From Bacteroidota bacterium (GTDB lineage: Bacteria > Bacteroidota > Bacteroidia > NS11-12g > UBA955), in the NCBI GenBank assembly GCA_027621365.1, contig JAQCBH010000001.1:133308-197307 (forward strand): a stretch of 64,000 bases of DNA, read 5' to 3'. Of the stretch, positions 18,501 through 27,905 are shown piece after piece. The notes beneath the pieces were generated by a model. The model worked only from the letters and a program-made list of their open reading frames with translations. It was not told the origin of the DNA and made no database searches. A program made the position numbers and the translations under genes. Each line of letters begins with the position of its first letter. Position 1 is the stretch's first letter.

Positions 18501-20663
18501 TCAATCCAGGTTGATCAATTCTCGGTATTTCGGCAATGTCCACATGTCATCGGGAATCAATTGTTCCATGTTGTCGCAATGAGTTCTCAACTCTTCAAAC
18601 AAGGGCTTCACTTCGCTGTTGTATCCCAAAGCACGCTTGTGCGCATCTTCTTCTTTGTTCCACTTGGCTCTGGCCTCGGTCATTCGATTGTTCAAGGAGT
18701 AAGCAGCATGGATCTCCGTGCTCAAGCGTTCCACCAACTCAATGTGGGTGGTCAGCGATTCTTTGCTTTGGCCAATAGACAGCAAGGTTTGAACCGTATC
18801 GGCCAATTGCTTTTGGTATTCCAAAGCGCTGGGAATGACGAAGTTTTGAACCAACTCATTCAACACACGGCCTTCGATCTGCAAACGAAGATTGAAGGTT
18901 TCGTAGCGAATTTCCGTTCTAGCTTCCAACTCCCGCTCGGAGAAAATGCCATTCTCTACAAACAATTCTACAGAACTGGGGTGCATGTAGGCCGCCAAGG
19001 CTTCAGCCGAATGGCGAATGTTGTTCAATCCGCGGCGAGCCGCTTCCTCAACCCATTCCTGGCTATATCCATTACCGCCGAACAAAATGCGGCGAGAAGA
19101 GATCAAATCTTCGCGCAAAATGGCTTTGATGGCCTCTTCTTTCGCTGCACCCTGACTGATCAAGGCGTCAACCCGTTTTTTGAACTGATTCAGCTGGTTG
19201 CCAACAATGGTGTTCAATACTACCATGGGGCTAGCGCAGTTATCGGAACTACCTACAGCACGGAATTCAAACTTGTTGCCCGTGAAGGCGAACGGAGAAG
19301 TACGGTTGCGGTCGGTGTTGTCGAGCAAAATTTCGGGGATGCTGGGCACCTGAATGGATCCCGAAACCGAACCCGTCTTGGACGCCTTGGCCGATTCGAA
19401 ATCATTCAACACTTCTTCCAACGCTTGACCAACAAAGACAGACATGATGGCCGGAGGCGCTTCATTGGCTCCCAAACGATGATCGTTGCCAGCCGTAGCA
19501 ATAGAGGCACGCATCAAATCAGCATGATCGTGAACCGCTTTGATCGTATTGATGAAGAAGGTTAAAAACTGAAGATTCCCAGAAGGACTAGAGCCAGGTG
19601 ACAACAGGTTCACTCCCGTATTGGTGATCAAAGACCAGTTGTTGTGCTTGCCAGAGCCATTGATACCCGCGTAGGGCTTTTCGTGCAACAACACGCGGAA
19701 TCCGTGCTTGTGAGCCGTACTTTCCATGACATCCATCAACAAGGCATTGTGATCGACCGCCAAATTGAGGTCTTCGTATTGAGGGGCACATTCGAACTGC
19801 GCAGGCGCTACCTCGTTGTGGCGAGTGCGCAAGGGGATGCCCAGTTTGTGTGCGCGGTATTCAAAGTCGTGCATGAAAGCCTGCACCTTTTCGGGAATGG
19901 AACCGAAATAGTGATCTTCCAATTGCTGGCCTTTGGCCGCCAAATGGCCCACCAACGTTCTACCCGCCAATTGCAAGTCTGGACGAAGCTTGTACAGCTC
20001 CTCTTTGACCAAGAAATACTCCTGTTCAACCCCAAGGCTGACACTGACATCGTTGACATTCTCGTCAAAGTATCGGCAAACGTCAGTAGCCGCAGATCGC
20101 ACAAAAGACAAAGTCTTCAACAAAGGAGCCTTGTAGTCAAGCGCTTCACCCGTGTAGGAAACAAAAATGGTGGGAATGCACAAAGTCTTGGTGCCGCCCT
20201 TCAACAGAACAAAAGCTGGCGATGAGGGATCCCAAGCCGTGTAACCACGCGCTTCAAAAGTGTTGCGAATACCGCCGTTGGGGAAACTAGATGCGTCTGG
20301 TTCTTGTTGCACCAGTGCTTTGCCAGAAAACTCTTCTACTCCTTGATCGACACCACTGGGCTCGAAAAAGCTATCGTGTTTTTCAGCGGTCGTTCCGCGC
20401 AAGGGTTGAAACCAGTGAGTGTAATGCGTAGCGCCTAGATCCAGGGACCAGTTTTTCATGCCTTCGGCAATTTCACCGGCCATGTCGCGGCTAACCGCTT
20501 CACCATGACTGGCTGCTTTTGCAATGGCGGCTTGCGCCTTTTCGCTCAAATACTGGGATTGTGCATCGGGTCCAAATACCCATTCTCCGTAATAGGAAGA
20601 GATGCCGTGTTCGTGGCCGCTTTTCTTTTTAGCAGCAGATTTTGATGATGTTTTGGAGTTCAT
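18501..20663 (-). CDS. glnN: type III glutamine synthetase
   Basis: At 720 aa it falls in the GSIII size class. The GS catalytic-domain motif is present (NGSGKHNNWSL). The conserved N-terminal text (YGEWVFG...HYTHWFQPL) is typical of Bacteroidota GlnN. Confidence 0.85.
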   Translation of the reverse strand: MNSKTSSKSAAKKKSGHEHGISSYYGEWVFGPDAQSQYLSEKAQAAIAKAASHGEAVSRDMAGEIAEGMKNWSLDLGATHYTHWFQPLRGTTAEKHDSFFEPSGVDQGVEEFSGKALVQQEPDASSFPNGGIRNTFEARGYTAWDPSSPAFVLLKGGTKTLCIPTIFVSYTGEALDYKAPLLKTLSFVRSAATDVCRYFDENVNDVSVSLGVEQEYFLVKEELYKLRPDLQLAGRTLVGHLAAKGQQLEDHYFGSIPEKVQAFMHDFEYRAHKLGIPLRTRHNEVAPAQFECAPQYEDLNLAVDHNALLMDVMESTAHKHGFRVLLHEKPYAGINGSGKHNNWSLITNTGVNLLSPGSSPSGNLQFLTFFINTIKAVHDHADLMRASIATAGNDHRLGANEAPPAIMSVFVGQALEEVLNDFESAKASKTGSVSGSIQVPSIPEILLDNTDRNRTSPFAFTGNKFEFRAVGSSDNCASPMVVLNTIVGNQLNQFKKRVDALISQGAAKEEAIKAILREDLISSRRILFGGNGYSQEWVEEAARRGLNNIRHSAEALAAYMHPSSVELFVENGIFSERELEARTEIRYETFNLRLQIEGRVLNELVQNFVIPSALEYQKQLADTVQTLLSIGQSKESLTTHIELVERLSTEIHAAYSLNNRMTEARAKWNKEEDAHKRALGYNSEVKPLFEELRTHCDNMEQLIPDDMWTLPKYRELINLD

Positions 20664-20839
20664 GATTGATTAATTGATTGATTTAGAACAACGCTACAAA
20701 GATGGGGGCAAGCCAGGGCAAAATCCATGAAAAATGGAACGAAATATCCCCAATGAGATTCACATCAATGGCAATTATTCACAGCCTGTACACATGAGGC
20801 GCAAGGGGTAAAAAAAACCTAACTTCGCCAGTCATAACA

Positions 20840-22774
20840 ATGGGACATCATCGTATTGACAAATTGAGCGGGGCTGGCCTGCTGATCACTTTGGGCATCA
20901 TTTACGGAGACATTGGCACATCGCCACTTTATGTAATGACCGCCATCATTGGGCAATCGCAAATCAGCGAGCTCTTGGTTCTGGGCGGGTTATCAGCCGT
21001 CTTCTGGACGCTGACCTTACAAACCACTGTCAAATACATCATCCTTACGCTTCGCGCTGACAACAAAGGAGAAGGGGGAATCTTTGCTCTATTTAGTCTG
21101 TTGCGACGAAGATTCCCCTATTTGGTAGTGGGCACCATGATTGGTGGAGCGATGCTTCTCGCTGATGGCATTATCACCCCACCTTTATCGGTTTCTTCTG
21201 CCATCGAGGGTCTGAGAATCTTGAACCCTGACATTCCCACTGTGCCTATTGTCATGGGCATTTTGACAGCTCTTTTCATGATGCAAAGAGCTGGAACTTC
21301 GGCCGTTGGCAAGTTCTTTGGCCCCATCATGACCGTTTGGTTCGGGACATTGGCCGTATTAGGGTTTGCCGCCTTAATTGAGAACCCTGGCGTTTTGAGG
21401 GCCATTAACCCCATGTATGCCTATCAATTGGTCAGCAGCAGCAAAGATGCATTCTTGGTATTGGGTGCCGTATTCCTGTGTACCACAGGAGCCGAAGCAT
21501 TGTACAGCGATTTGGGCCATTGTGGCAAAAAGAACATTCGCATATCTTGGATCTTTGTCAAGACCGCATTGCTATTGAATTACTTTGGTCAAGGCGCTTG
21601 GCTTTTGGCTCGTGAAGGCCAAACCCTGGGCGAACAACGTCCTTTTTTCGAACTCATGCCTGAGTGGTTTTTGCCTGTTGGAATTGCCATTGCTGCGGCC
21701 GCTGCCATCATTGCTTCGCAAGCCTTGATATCGGGTTCATTCACCCTCGTTTCGGAAGCCATTCGCTTGCACATGATGCCTCGTTTCACCGTCAAGTTCC
21801 CTTCTGACGTAAAAGGGCAGATTTACATTCCCATCATCAATACCGTAATGCTGGTAGGTTGTTTGGCTGTGGTTTTGATTTTCCAAGAGAGCTCGGCCAT
21901 GGAGGCAGCTTATGGGTTGGCCATCACCATCGACATGATGATGACCAGTATATTGTTGTTCTATTTCTTGCGCATTCGCGAGTGGAACTTCTTCCTTCTG
22001 GTCCCCATGATGTTGGTGTTCTTGTCGATTGAAACAGCCTTCTTGATTGCCAACTTGAGCAAATTCTCGCAAGGCGGTTACTTCACCTTTATCATTGGTA
22101 CGTTCTACATAGGCATCATGTACATCACCTTAAGAGGTGGCAAGATCAAAGGCGCAACGGTAAAAACGGAGAACCTTCGGGATTTGAGGCCCAAGCTCAA
22201 AGGTTTGAGCCGTGACACCACTCTACCCAAGTTTGCCACGCATTTGGTTTACCTGTCAAAAGTCAAGGGCGATGAGGAAGTGGAATCGACCCTGTTGTAT
22301 TCCATTTTGCACAAAAGACCCAAGAGAGCCGATTTCTATTGGTTCGTGCATGTCGAAGTTTCAGACGAGCCCTACACCAAAGAATACCGTGTGAACATCA
22401 TCGAAAAGAACGACATCATCAAAGTCCAATTCCGCTTGGGATTCCGCATCCAGCAAAAGATCAACTTGTACCTCAAACAAGTGATTGAAGAACTGGTGAG
22501 TTCCGGTGAAGTGGATTTGGACCCGCACTACCACGCTTTCCATGAAAAGGGCTACATCGGGGACTTCCGATTTGTTCTGATCGAAGAAGAGATGAGCCAA
22601 GAGAACGAAATGCCTCTGCTCGACAGTTTGGTCATGCGTTTGTACAGCATAACCAAAATGTTTGCGGGTCGGCCCGAAAAATGGTTTGGACTGGACGGAT
22701 CATCGGTCACCCACGAATTGGTACCGGTCGTGATCAAACCCATTCAAGATATTAAACTGCAACGCAAAGCATGA
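20840..22774 (+). CDS. kup: KUP/HAK/KT potassium uptake transporter
   Basis: 644 aa. The N-terminal motif GIIYGDIGTSPLYV is present. There are about 12 TM segments followed by a cytosolic C-terminal domain. Confidence 0.9.
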   Translation: MGHHRIDKLSGAGLLITLGIIYGDIGTSPLYVMTAIIGQSQISELLVLGGLSAVFWTLTLQTTVKYIILTLRADNKGEGGIFALFSLLRRRFPYLVVGTMIGGAMLLADGIITPPLSVSSAIEGLRILNPDIPTVPIVMGILTALFMMQRAGTSAVGKFFGPIMTVWFGTLAVLGFAALIENPGVLRAINPMYAYQLVSSSKDAFLVLGAVFLCTTGAEALYSDLGHCGKKNIRISWIFVKTALLLNYFGQGAWLLAREGQTLGEQRPFFELMPEWFLPVGIAIAAAAAIIASQALISGSFTLVSEAIRLHMMPRFTVKFPSDVKGQIYIPIINTVMLVGCLAVVLIFQESSAMEAAYGLAITIDMMMTSILLFYFLRIREWNFFLLVPMMLVFLSIETAFLIANLSKFSQGGYFTFIIGTFYIGIMYITLRGGKIKGATVKTENLRDLRPKLKGLSRDTTLPKFATHLVYLSKVKGDEEVESTLLYSILHKRPKRADFYWFVHVEVSDEPYTKEYRVNIIEKNDIIKVQFRLGFRIQQKINLYLKQVIEELVSSGEVDLDPHYHAFHEKGYIGDFRFVLIEEEMSQENEMPLLDSLVMRLYSITKMFAGRPEKWFGLDGSSVTHELVPVVIKPIQDIKLQRKA

Positions 22775-25053
22775 GAAAATCCATCCTATTGGCGCTGAGC
22801 AGCTCGCTCTTATTAGGATCAGCTTGGTCGCAATCGGCCAGCGATATTTTTTCTGCGGCATTTAGACCTGAGATGCCCCGCATTCAGCGCTTTAGTCCTG
22901 ACGGAACATCCTTCATCAACACGCACAAAAGCGATGATCAATGGAGCCTTTCGCTTTCAGACATTCGAAGCGGGGACAGCACAGGTTTGATTTTCGAGAG
23001 TTCCGAATTCGCCAGCCAAGCGACCCAATGGAATGGGAAACTCCCCATGGGTTCTTTTGATTTGACCGCAGACGGTCGATTCTTGGTGGTGAGATATGCT
23101 TCAGAGGCCATTTACCGACACAGCCGTTCGGTCATGTGTTACGTCATTGACCTTCAGAAAAAAACCCTCACCCCTATACCCTCGCGCTTGCGATACCCCA
23201 CACTCAACCCACAGGGCACGCAGTTGGCTTATGTCAAAGACAACAACCTGTGCATTTTTGATTTGGAGTCAAAAAGCGAAACTCTTGTCACCCAAGACGG
23301 GGAATCAAACTTCATCATCAATGGAGCCGTTGATTGGGTGTACGAAGAAGAATTTTCCATGAGCCAAGGGTTTGCTTGGAGTCCTAGCGGCCAGTTCATT
23401 GCTTTTTACCGCTTTGACGAGTCAGAAGTCCAGCAGTTTGGCATGGATGAATACAACAAAGAGGTCTATCCCGACCGCGAAGTGTGGAAATATCCCAAGG
23501 CCGGAGAAGACAATGCCGAGGTGAAAGTGGGAATCTACAATGTCCAAAATGGAGAAATTGCATTCCCTGAATTGGGGCATCAAAATGACCAATATCTGCC
23601 CCGCATTCAATGGAGTCTTTCAGACGATTTGTTGACCGTGCAGCGCTTGAACCGCTGGCAAAACCATTGGGAATTATTGGGCATCAACCCCAAGCAAACA
23701 AATAATGTCACGTTGCTTTTGGAAGAACAAGACGAAGTTTATGTTGACATTCAAGACAACTTATTCTTCCTTCCCCATTTGAACGGAGAGCCCAGCCATC
23801 AATTGATTTACGCCTCAGAAAAGAGCGGATACAACCAGTTGTATTTGATGAATTACCTGAACGGCAAAGAATCAGCCTTGACATTCGGCATGTCAGAGGT
23901 TCTAGCTGTAAAGGAATGGAATGAAGAACAACGTGAGCTTTTTTATACGGTAGCTGACAATGCATTGGAAGACGACCTGATGGCAGTCAACCTAGGCGTC
24001 AAGAAAGGCCAGTACCTACCCGGAAAAACTCGCCTGGTGACCTGTTTCAATTACGCAAACATGCCCGACAACGAGACCTTGCGGGCTCAACAAGAAGGCA
24101 ACAGCTTCGCTGGTACGGGCTCACATTATTGCATGGTCGGCCCCAAAGGTCATTATTACTACGATGGATTCAGCAATCTGAGCGAGAACCCCATTTATGC
24201 CTGGAGCCTCAATAGCACAGATGGAAGCTTTCACCGCGACTTGGAAGGGAATGCAAAATGGACGGCCGCCGTTCAGGATTGGGGTTTGGGTTCGGTAAAA
24301 TTCGACCAAGTACCGGGAGCCGATGGCACCCCGTTGAACCGGTACACGATTTATCCGCCGGAGTTTGACAGCACCCAAAAATACCCAGTATTGATGTTTT
24401 GCTACGGCGGGCCCGGAGCCAATACCGTGAAGAACGCCTACGGTAGCCGCAACTTCTTGTGGCACCAATATTTGGCCAAGCAAGGATACATCGTGAGCAG
24501 CACGGACAACCGTGGCACCGGTCGCAGAGGTTCCGCCTTTAAGAAATCGACCTACTTGAAATTGGGTGAATTGGAATGCAAGGACCAAACCGCCGTGGCC
24601 GAATGGTGGAGAGCTCAATCGTATGTCAACCCCGAGCGCATTGGCATCTGGGGATGGTCATTCGGTGGCTATCTATCCAGCCTTTGCCTGAGCAAGAGCC
24701 CTGAGACCTTTTCTATGGCGATAGCGGTGGCACCCGTCACCCATTGGAAGTACTACGACAACATCTATACCGAGCGCTATTTGCGCCGGCCTGCAGACAA
24801 CCCTGAAGGATACGAGCAAAACTCTCCCTTGAATTTTGCCCACCAAATCACTGGAAAGTATTTGATCGTCCATGGAACCGCTGACGATAACGTGCATTTT
24901 CAGAACAGTGCAGAAATGGTCAATGCCTTGATTACTGGAGGAATCGACTTCGACAGCGAATACTACCCCAACCGCAACCACGGCATTTCAGACCCAGCTG
25001 CGCAAAAACATTTGTTCAACCGCCTGACGGCATTTGTATTGGAAAACCTATAA
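22771..25053 (+). CDS. dipeptidyl-peptidase IV family serine peptidase (S9B)
   Basis: A signal peptide precedes a DPP-IV N-terminal propeller region (NGAVDWVYEEEF). The catalytic Ser motif is GIWGWSFGGY, followed by ...VHGTADDNVH. The start overlaps the kup stop (ATGA). Confidence 0.85.
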   Translation: MRKSILLALSSSLLLGSAWSQSASDIFSAAFRPEMPRIQRFSPDGTSFINTHKSDDQWSLSLSDIRSGDSTGLIFESSEFASQATQWNGKLPMGSFDLTADGRFLVVRYASEAIYRHSRSVMCYVIDLQKKTLTPIPSRLRYPTLNPQGTQLAYVKDNNLCIFDLESKSETLVTQDGESNFIINGAVDWVYEEEFSMSQGFAWSPSGQFIAFYRFDESEVQQFGMDEYNKEVYPDREVWKYPKAGEDNAEVKVGIYNVQNGEIAFPELGHQNDQYLPRIQWSLSDDLLTVQRLNRWQNHWELLGINPKQTNNVTLLLEEQDEVYVDIQDNLFFLPHLNGEPSHQLIYASEKSGYNQLYLMNYLNGKESALTFGMSEVLAVKEWNEEQRELFYTVADNALEDDLMAVNLGVKKGQYLPGKTRLVTCFNYANMPDNETLRAQQEGNSFAGTGSHYCMVGPKGHYYYDGFSNLSENPIYAWSLNSTDGSFHRDLEGNAKWTAAVQDWGLGSVKFDQVPGADGTPLNRYTIYPPEFDSTQKYPVLMFCYGGPGANTVKNAYGSRNFLWHQYLAKQGYIVSSTDNRGTGRRGSAFKKSTYLKLGELECKDQTAVAEWWRAQSYVNPERIGIWGWSFGGYLSSLCLSKSPETFSMAIAVAPVTHWKYYDNIYTERYLRRPADNPEGYEQNSPLNFAHQITGKYLIVHGTADDNVHFQNSAEMVNALITGGIDFDSEYYPNRNHGISDPAAQKHLFNRLTAFVLENL

Positions 25054-25055
25054 TC

Positions 25056-25508
25056 ATGAGCATTCAAATTGGCCAGGCCGCCCCTGACTTTTCGGCCAAC
25101 AATCAAAACGGGAAGGCCCTCACATTGGGCGACTTCAAAGGCAAAAAATTGGTTTTGTACTTCTACCCCAAAGACGACACTCCAGGCTGCACCGCCGAAG
25201 CTTGCAGCTTGCGCGATCACTACCAAACATTCTTGGGTCAAGGCTACGCCATTTTGGGCGTCAGCCCTGACAACGAGGCCAAGCACCAGAAGTTCATCGC
25301 CAAGTACGAGCTTCCTTTCGATTTGCTGGCCGATACTGATCATGCCGTAGCAGAAGCCTATGGAGTTTGGGTCGAAAAGAGCATGTACGGACGCCAGTAC
25401 ATGGGAATCGCCCGAACGACCTTCGTCATTGACGAGAACGGAATCATGGCCGATATCATTCAAAAAGTCAATACCAAAGAGCACGGCCCTCAACTATTGG
25501 GTTCTTGA
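25056..25508 (+). CDS. bcp: peroxiredoxin Bcp (thioredoxin-dependent thiol peroxidase)
   Basis: 150 aa with the motif YFYPKDDTPGCTAEAC. Confidence 0.9.
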   Translation: MSIQIGQAAPDFSANNQNGKALTLGDFKGKKLVLYFYPKDDTPGCTAEACSLRDHYQTFLGQGYAILGVSPDNEAKHQKFIAKYELPFDLLADTDHAVAEAYGVWVEKSMYGRQYMGIARTTFVIDENGIMADIIQKVNTKEHGPQLLGS

Positions 25509-25511
25509 AGC

Positions 25512-26513
25512 ATGCAGGCATTTGAAGGGAATATTGGTGTCATAGGAAATGGCAGTTGGGCAACAGCCATCGTCAAGATGCTGACCGAAACGTCGACTCA
25601 GCCCATTCGTTGGTTCATGAGAGACGAATCGGCCGTTGAACACATTCTTGAATTTCACCACAACCCCAAGTACCTCTCAGATGTGGAAATACATCCTAAC
25701 CGGGTGCAGCCCTCCAGCGATTTGGCGGCTGTCGTCGATGCCTGCCAAACACTGATTCTCGCCATCCCATCGGCGTTTTTGCACGATACCTTGAAGGGAC
25801 TAAGCTTACCGAAAGAGAAGTACTACGTCTCTGCCATAAAAGGTATCGAGCCGCATTCCCGCTTGGTGCTCGCCGACTACCTACAACAAAAACACGGGGT
25901 TCCCGAATCCCATATTGGATTGATCAGCGGGCCCTGTCACGCCGAAGAAGTGGCCTTAGAGAAATTGAGTTACTTAACCGTAAGTAGCTTGAATTCAGAA
26001 TTCTGCGCCTGGTTCTCCAATCAGCTGCGCTGCCGCTACATCAACGTCAAGGAATCGCAAGACCTCTTGGGAGCAGAATACGCCGCGGTTTTGAAAAACA
26101 TCTATGCCATAGGGGCCGGCATTGCGCACGGCTTGGGCTATGGCGACAACTTTCAAGCCGTATTTGTCAGTGCCGCCATTCGGGAGATGAAAACTTTCCT
26201 GAACCAAGTACACCTGGAAGACAGAGACATCAAAGAGCCCGCCTACTTGGGCGATCTCTTGGTGACCGCCTATTCGGAATACAGCCGCAATAGACGATTT
26301 GGAAATTTGCTCGGCAAAGGATTGAACGTTCGGCAAGCCCAATCAGAAATGAGCATGGTCGCAGAAGGCTATTACGCCACCGAGCTCGTTCACCTCTTGG
26401 CCGAATCCATGCAATTCCACATGCCCCTGGTTGAGGCCGTATATGAAATCACCTACAAGGGCGCTTCTCCCCGACGAATTTTCAAAGTTCTGGCTGCTGA
26501 ACACATTGCATAA
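25512..26513 (+). CDS. gpsA: NAD(P)H-dependent glycerol-3-phosphate dehydrogenase
   Basis: The Rossmann motif is IGVIGNGSWATA. Other family text is SGPCHAEEVA and AGIAHGLGYGDN. Confidence 0.85.
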   Translation: MQAFEGNIGVIGNGSWATAIVKMLTETSTQPIRWFMRDESAVEHILEFHHNPKYLSDVEIHPNRVQPSSDLAAVVDACQTLILAIPSAFLHDTLKGLSLPKEKYYVSAIKGIEPHSRLVLADYLQQKHGVPESHIGLISGPCHAEEVALEKLSYLTVSSLNSEFCAWFSNQLRCRYINVKESQDLLGAEYAAVLKNIYAIGAGIAHGLGYGDNFQAVFVSAAIREMKTFLNQVHLEDRDIKEPAYLGDLLVTAYSEYSRNRRFGNLLGKGLNVRQAQSEMSMVAEGYYATELVHLLAESMQFHMPLVEAVYEITYKGASPRRIFKVLAAEHIA

Positions 26514-26562
26514 AAACGCTATACAGCCAAACCATTTCCATTTTCAATTGTAAGGCTATCAC

Positions 26563-27117
26563 ATGAGTTTCAAGATATATACACGAGCTGGCGACGACGG
26601 CAGCACGAGTTTGCTAGGAGGAGGCCGAGTGCCCAAACACCACTTGAGAGTGGAGGGCTATGGCACCATTGACGAATTGAACAGCCATTTGGGTGTCATT
26701 CGTTCCTTCATACAAGGCAGGGAAGAGGAGAAACTCCTAGCCCAAGTTCAGAACAACCTGTTCACCCTGGGCAGCACCTTGGCTTGTGAGCCTGGTGCCA
26801 ATACATTTTTGCCTCCCTTTCACGTGGAAGACATTAAGGCATTGGAGCACGAAATCGACCGATTGACCAGCCCACTGCCTGAGCTAAAAAACTTTGTTTT
26901 GCCCGGCGGCTCCCAAGCGGGAGCCTTTGCTCATGTCGCTCGCACTGTTTGTCGACGGGCCGAGCGCTTGGTGGTGCATTTGTCGCAGGTTGACACGGTT
27001 GAACCCTTCGTCGTCCAATACCTGAACCGATTGAGCGACTACCTCTTCACCTTAGCCCGTCACTTGGACAACCAAAACGGAGCACAGGAAATCATTTGGA
27101 ATCCCCGAGCCAAATAA
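26563..27117 (+). CDS. PduO-type ATP:cob(I)alamin adenosyltransferase
   Basis: 184 aa. Motifs IYTRAGDDGSTSL and FVLPGGS..GAFAHVARTVCRRAER are present. Confidence 0.85.
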   Translation: MSFKIYTRAGDDGSTSLLGGGRVPKHHLRVEGYGTIDELNSHLGVIRSFIQGREEEKLLAQVQNNLFTLGSTLACEPGANTFLPPFHVEDIKALEHEIDRLTSPLPELKNFVLPGGSQAGAFAHVARTVCRRAERLVVHLSQVDTVEPFVVQYLNRLSDYLFTLARHLDNQNGAQEIIWNPRAK

Positions 27118-27175
27118 TCTTATCATAGGTCAATACTCGCACGTTTTTACCTCCCTTAATTTTGAAAAAATTCCT

Positions 27176-27850
27176 ATGAAACATTCATTGTATTTATTTG
27201 CGGCCGCTGCCATCAGCTTGGCCTCCTGCGGATCAGACGCTCAGTCTGGCGAAGCCACCGACATTTCTAGCGATTCTGGAAATGCCTATTCCATTTCTGT
27301 TGACCAATCAGTTGTAGGTTAGACCGGAACCAAAGTTGTGGGCATGGGTTCACACTCTGGAACTTTCGGAATTGCCGAAGGCAGTTTGACAGTTAACGAA
27401 GGTGCCTTGGTTGGTGGATCTATCGCATTAGATTTGAACAACATCGTTTGCACCGACACCGCTTCTTGGATGACCGAAGAATTGAAAGGCAAATTGGTGG
27501 GTCACTTGAAAGACACCTCTTTCTTGTTCGTAGCCGAACACCCAACTGCTGTATTCGAAATTGCTTCCGTTGAAGCCTTGGAAACCGCTGACGAAGCTGG
27601 AAACAGCCACACCTTGACGGGTAACTTGACTTTGCGCGGCGAAACCCGCAGCATCAGCTTCCCTGCCCATGTCGAGGTTTCTGATTCTGGAATTCAAGCT
27701 TCTGGCGTTGCGACCATCAACCGTTTAGATTGGGGCATCAACTACGACAAAGAGAAAATGAGCTTGAGCGAAAAGCTCAAAGCCAGCGTACAGAAAGGTA
27801 TCGTTGGCAAGAATGTAGAGATTTCATTCTCATTGACCGCTGCTAGATAA
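27176..27850 (+). pseudogene. YceI-like lipoprotein gene interrupted by an in-frame TAG at 27320-27322
   Basis: The ATG at 27176 gives a lipoprotein signal (MKHSLYLFAAAAISLASCGS). The same frame continues as ..SVDQSVVG*TGTKVVGMGSHSGTF.. into the tracked ORF 27338-27850. The stop lies at the conserved Trp of the YceI motif V-x-W-x-G-x-K. The C-terminal text is INRLDWGINYD. Confidence 0.75.
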
Positions 27851-27871
27851 GCAGCCCAAACCTATCTAAGT

Positions 27872-27904
27872 AAAAAAGCCCGGGCAAATGCCCGGGCTTT
27901 TTTT
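27872..27904. terminator. bidirectional intrinsic terminator between the convergent YceI-like and PaaN-like genes
   Basis: The sequence aaaaagcccgggcaaatgcccgggcttttt has a 7-bp GC stem flanked by A and T runs. Confidence 0.75.
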
Positions 27905-27905
27905 G

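Noticed and set aside
18456-19565. Long plus-strand ORF (369 aa) opposite the glutamine synthetase gene. Similar antisense ORFs occur at 7909-8829, 48044-48841, 48911-49690, 50404-51339, 59136-59882 and 16383-16985.
   Set aside because: All lie fully inside well-supported genes on the other strand. Their composition is low-complexity or Arg/Gly/Val-rich, with no recognisable motifs. They are shadow ORFs of GC-biased coding sequence.
20664-20839. Possible regulatory RNA or riboswitch in the divergent glnN-kup intergenic region.
   Set aside because: I could not recognise any conserved riboswitch-like structure or motif by eye. It is most simply two divergent promoters.
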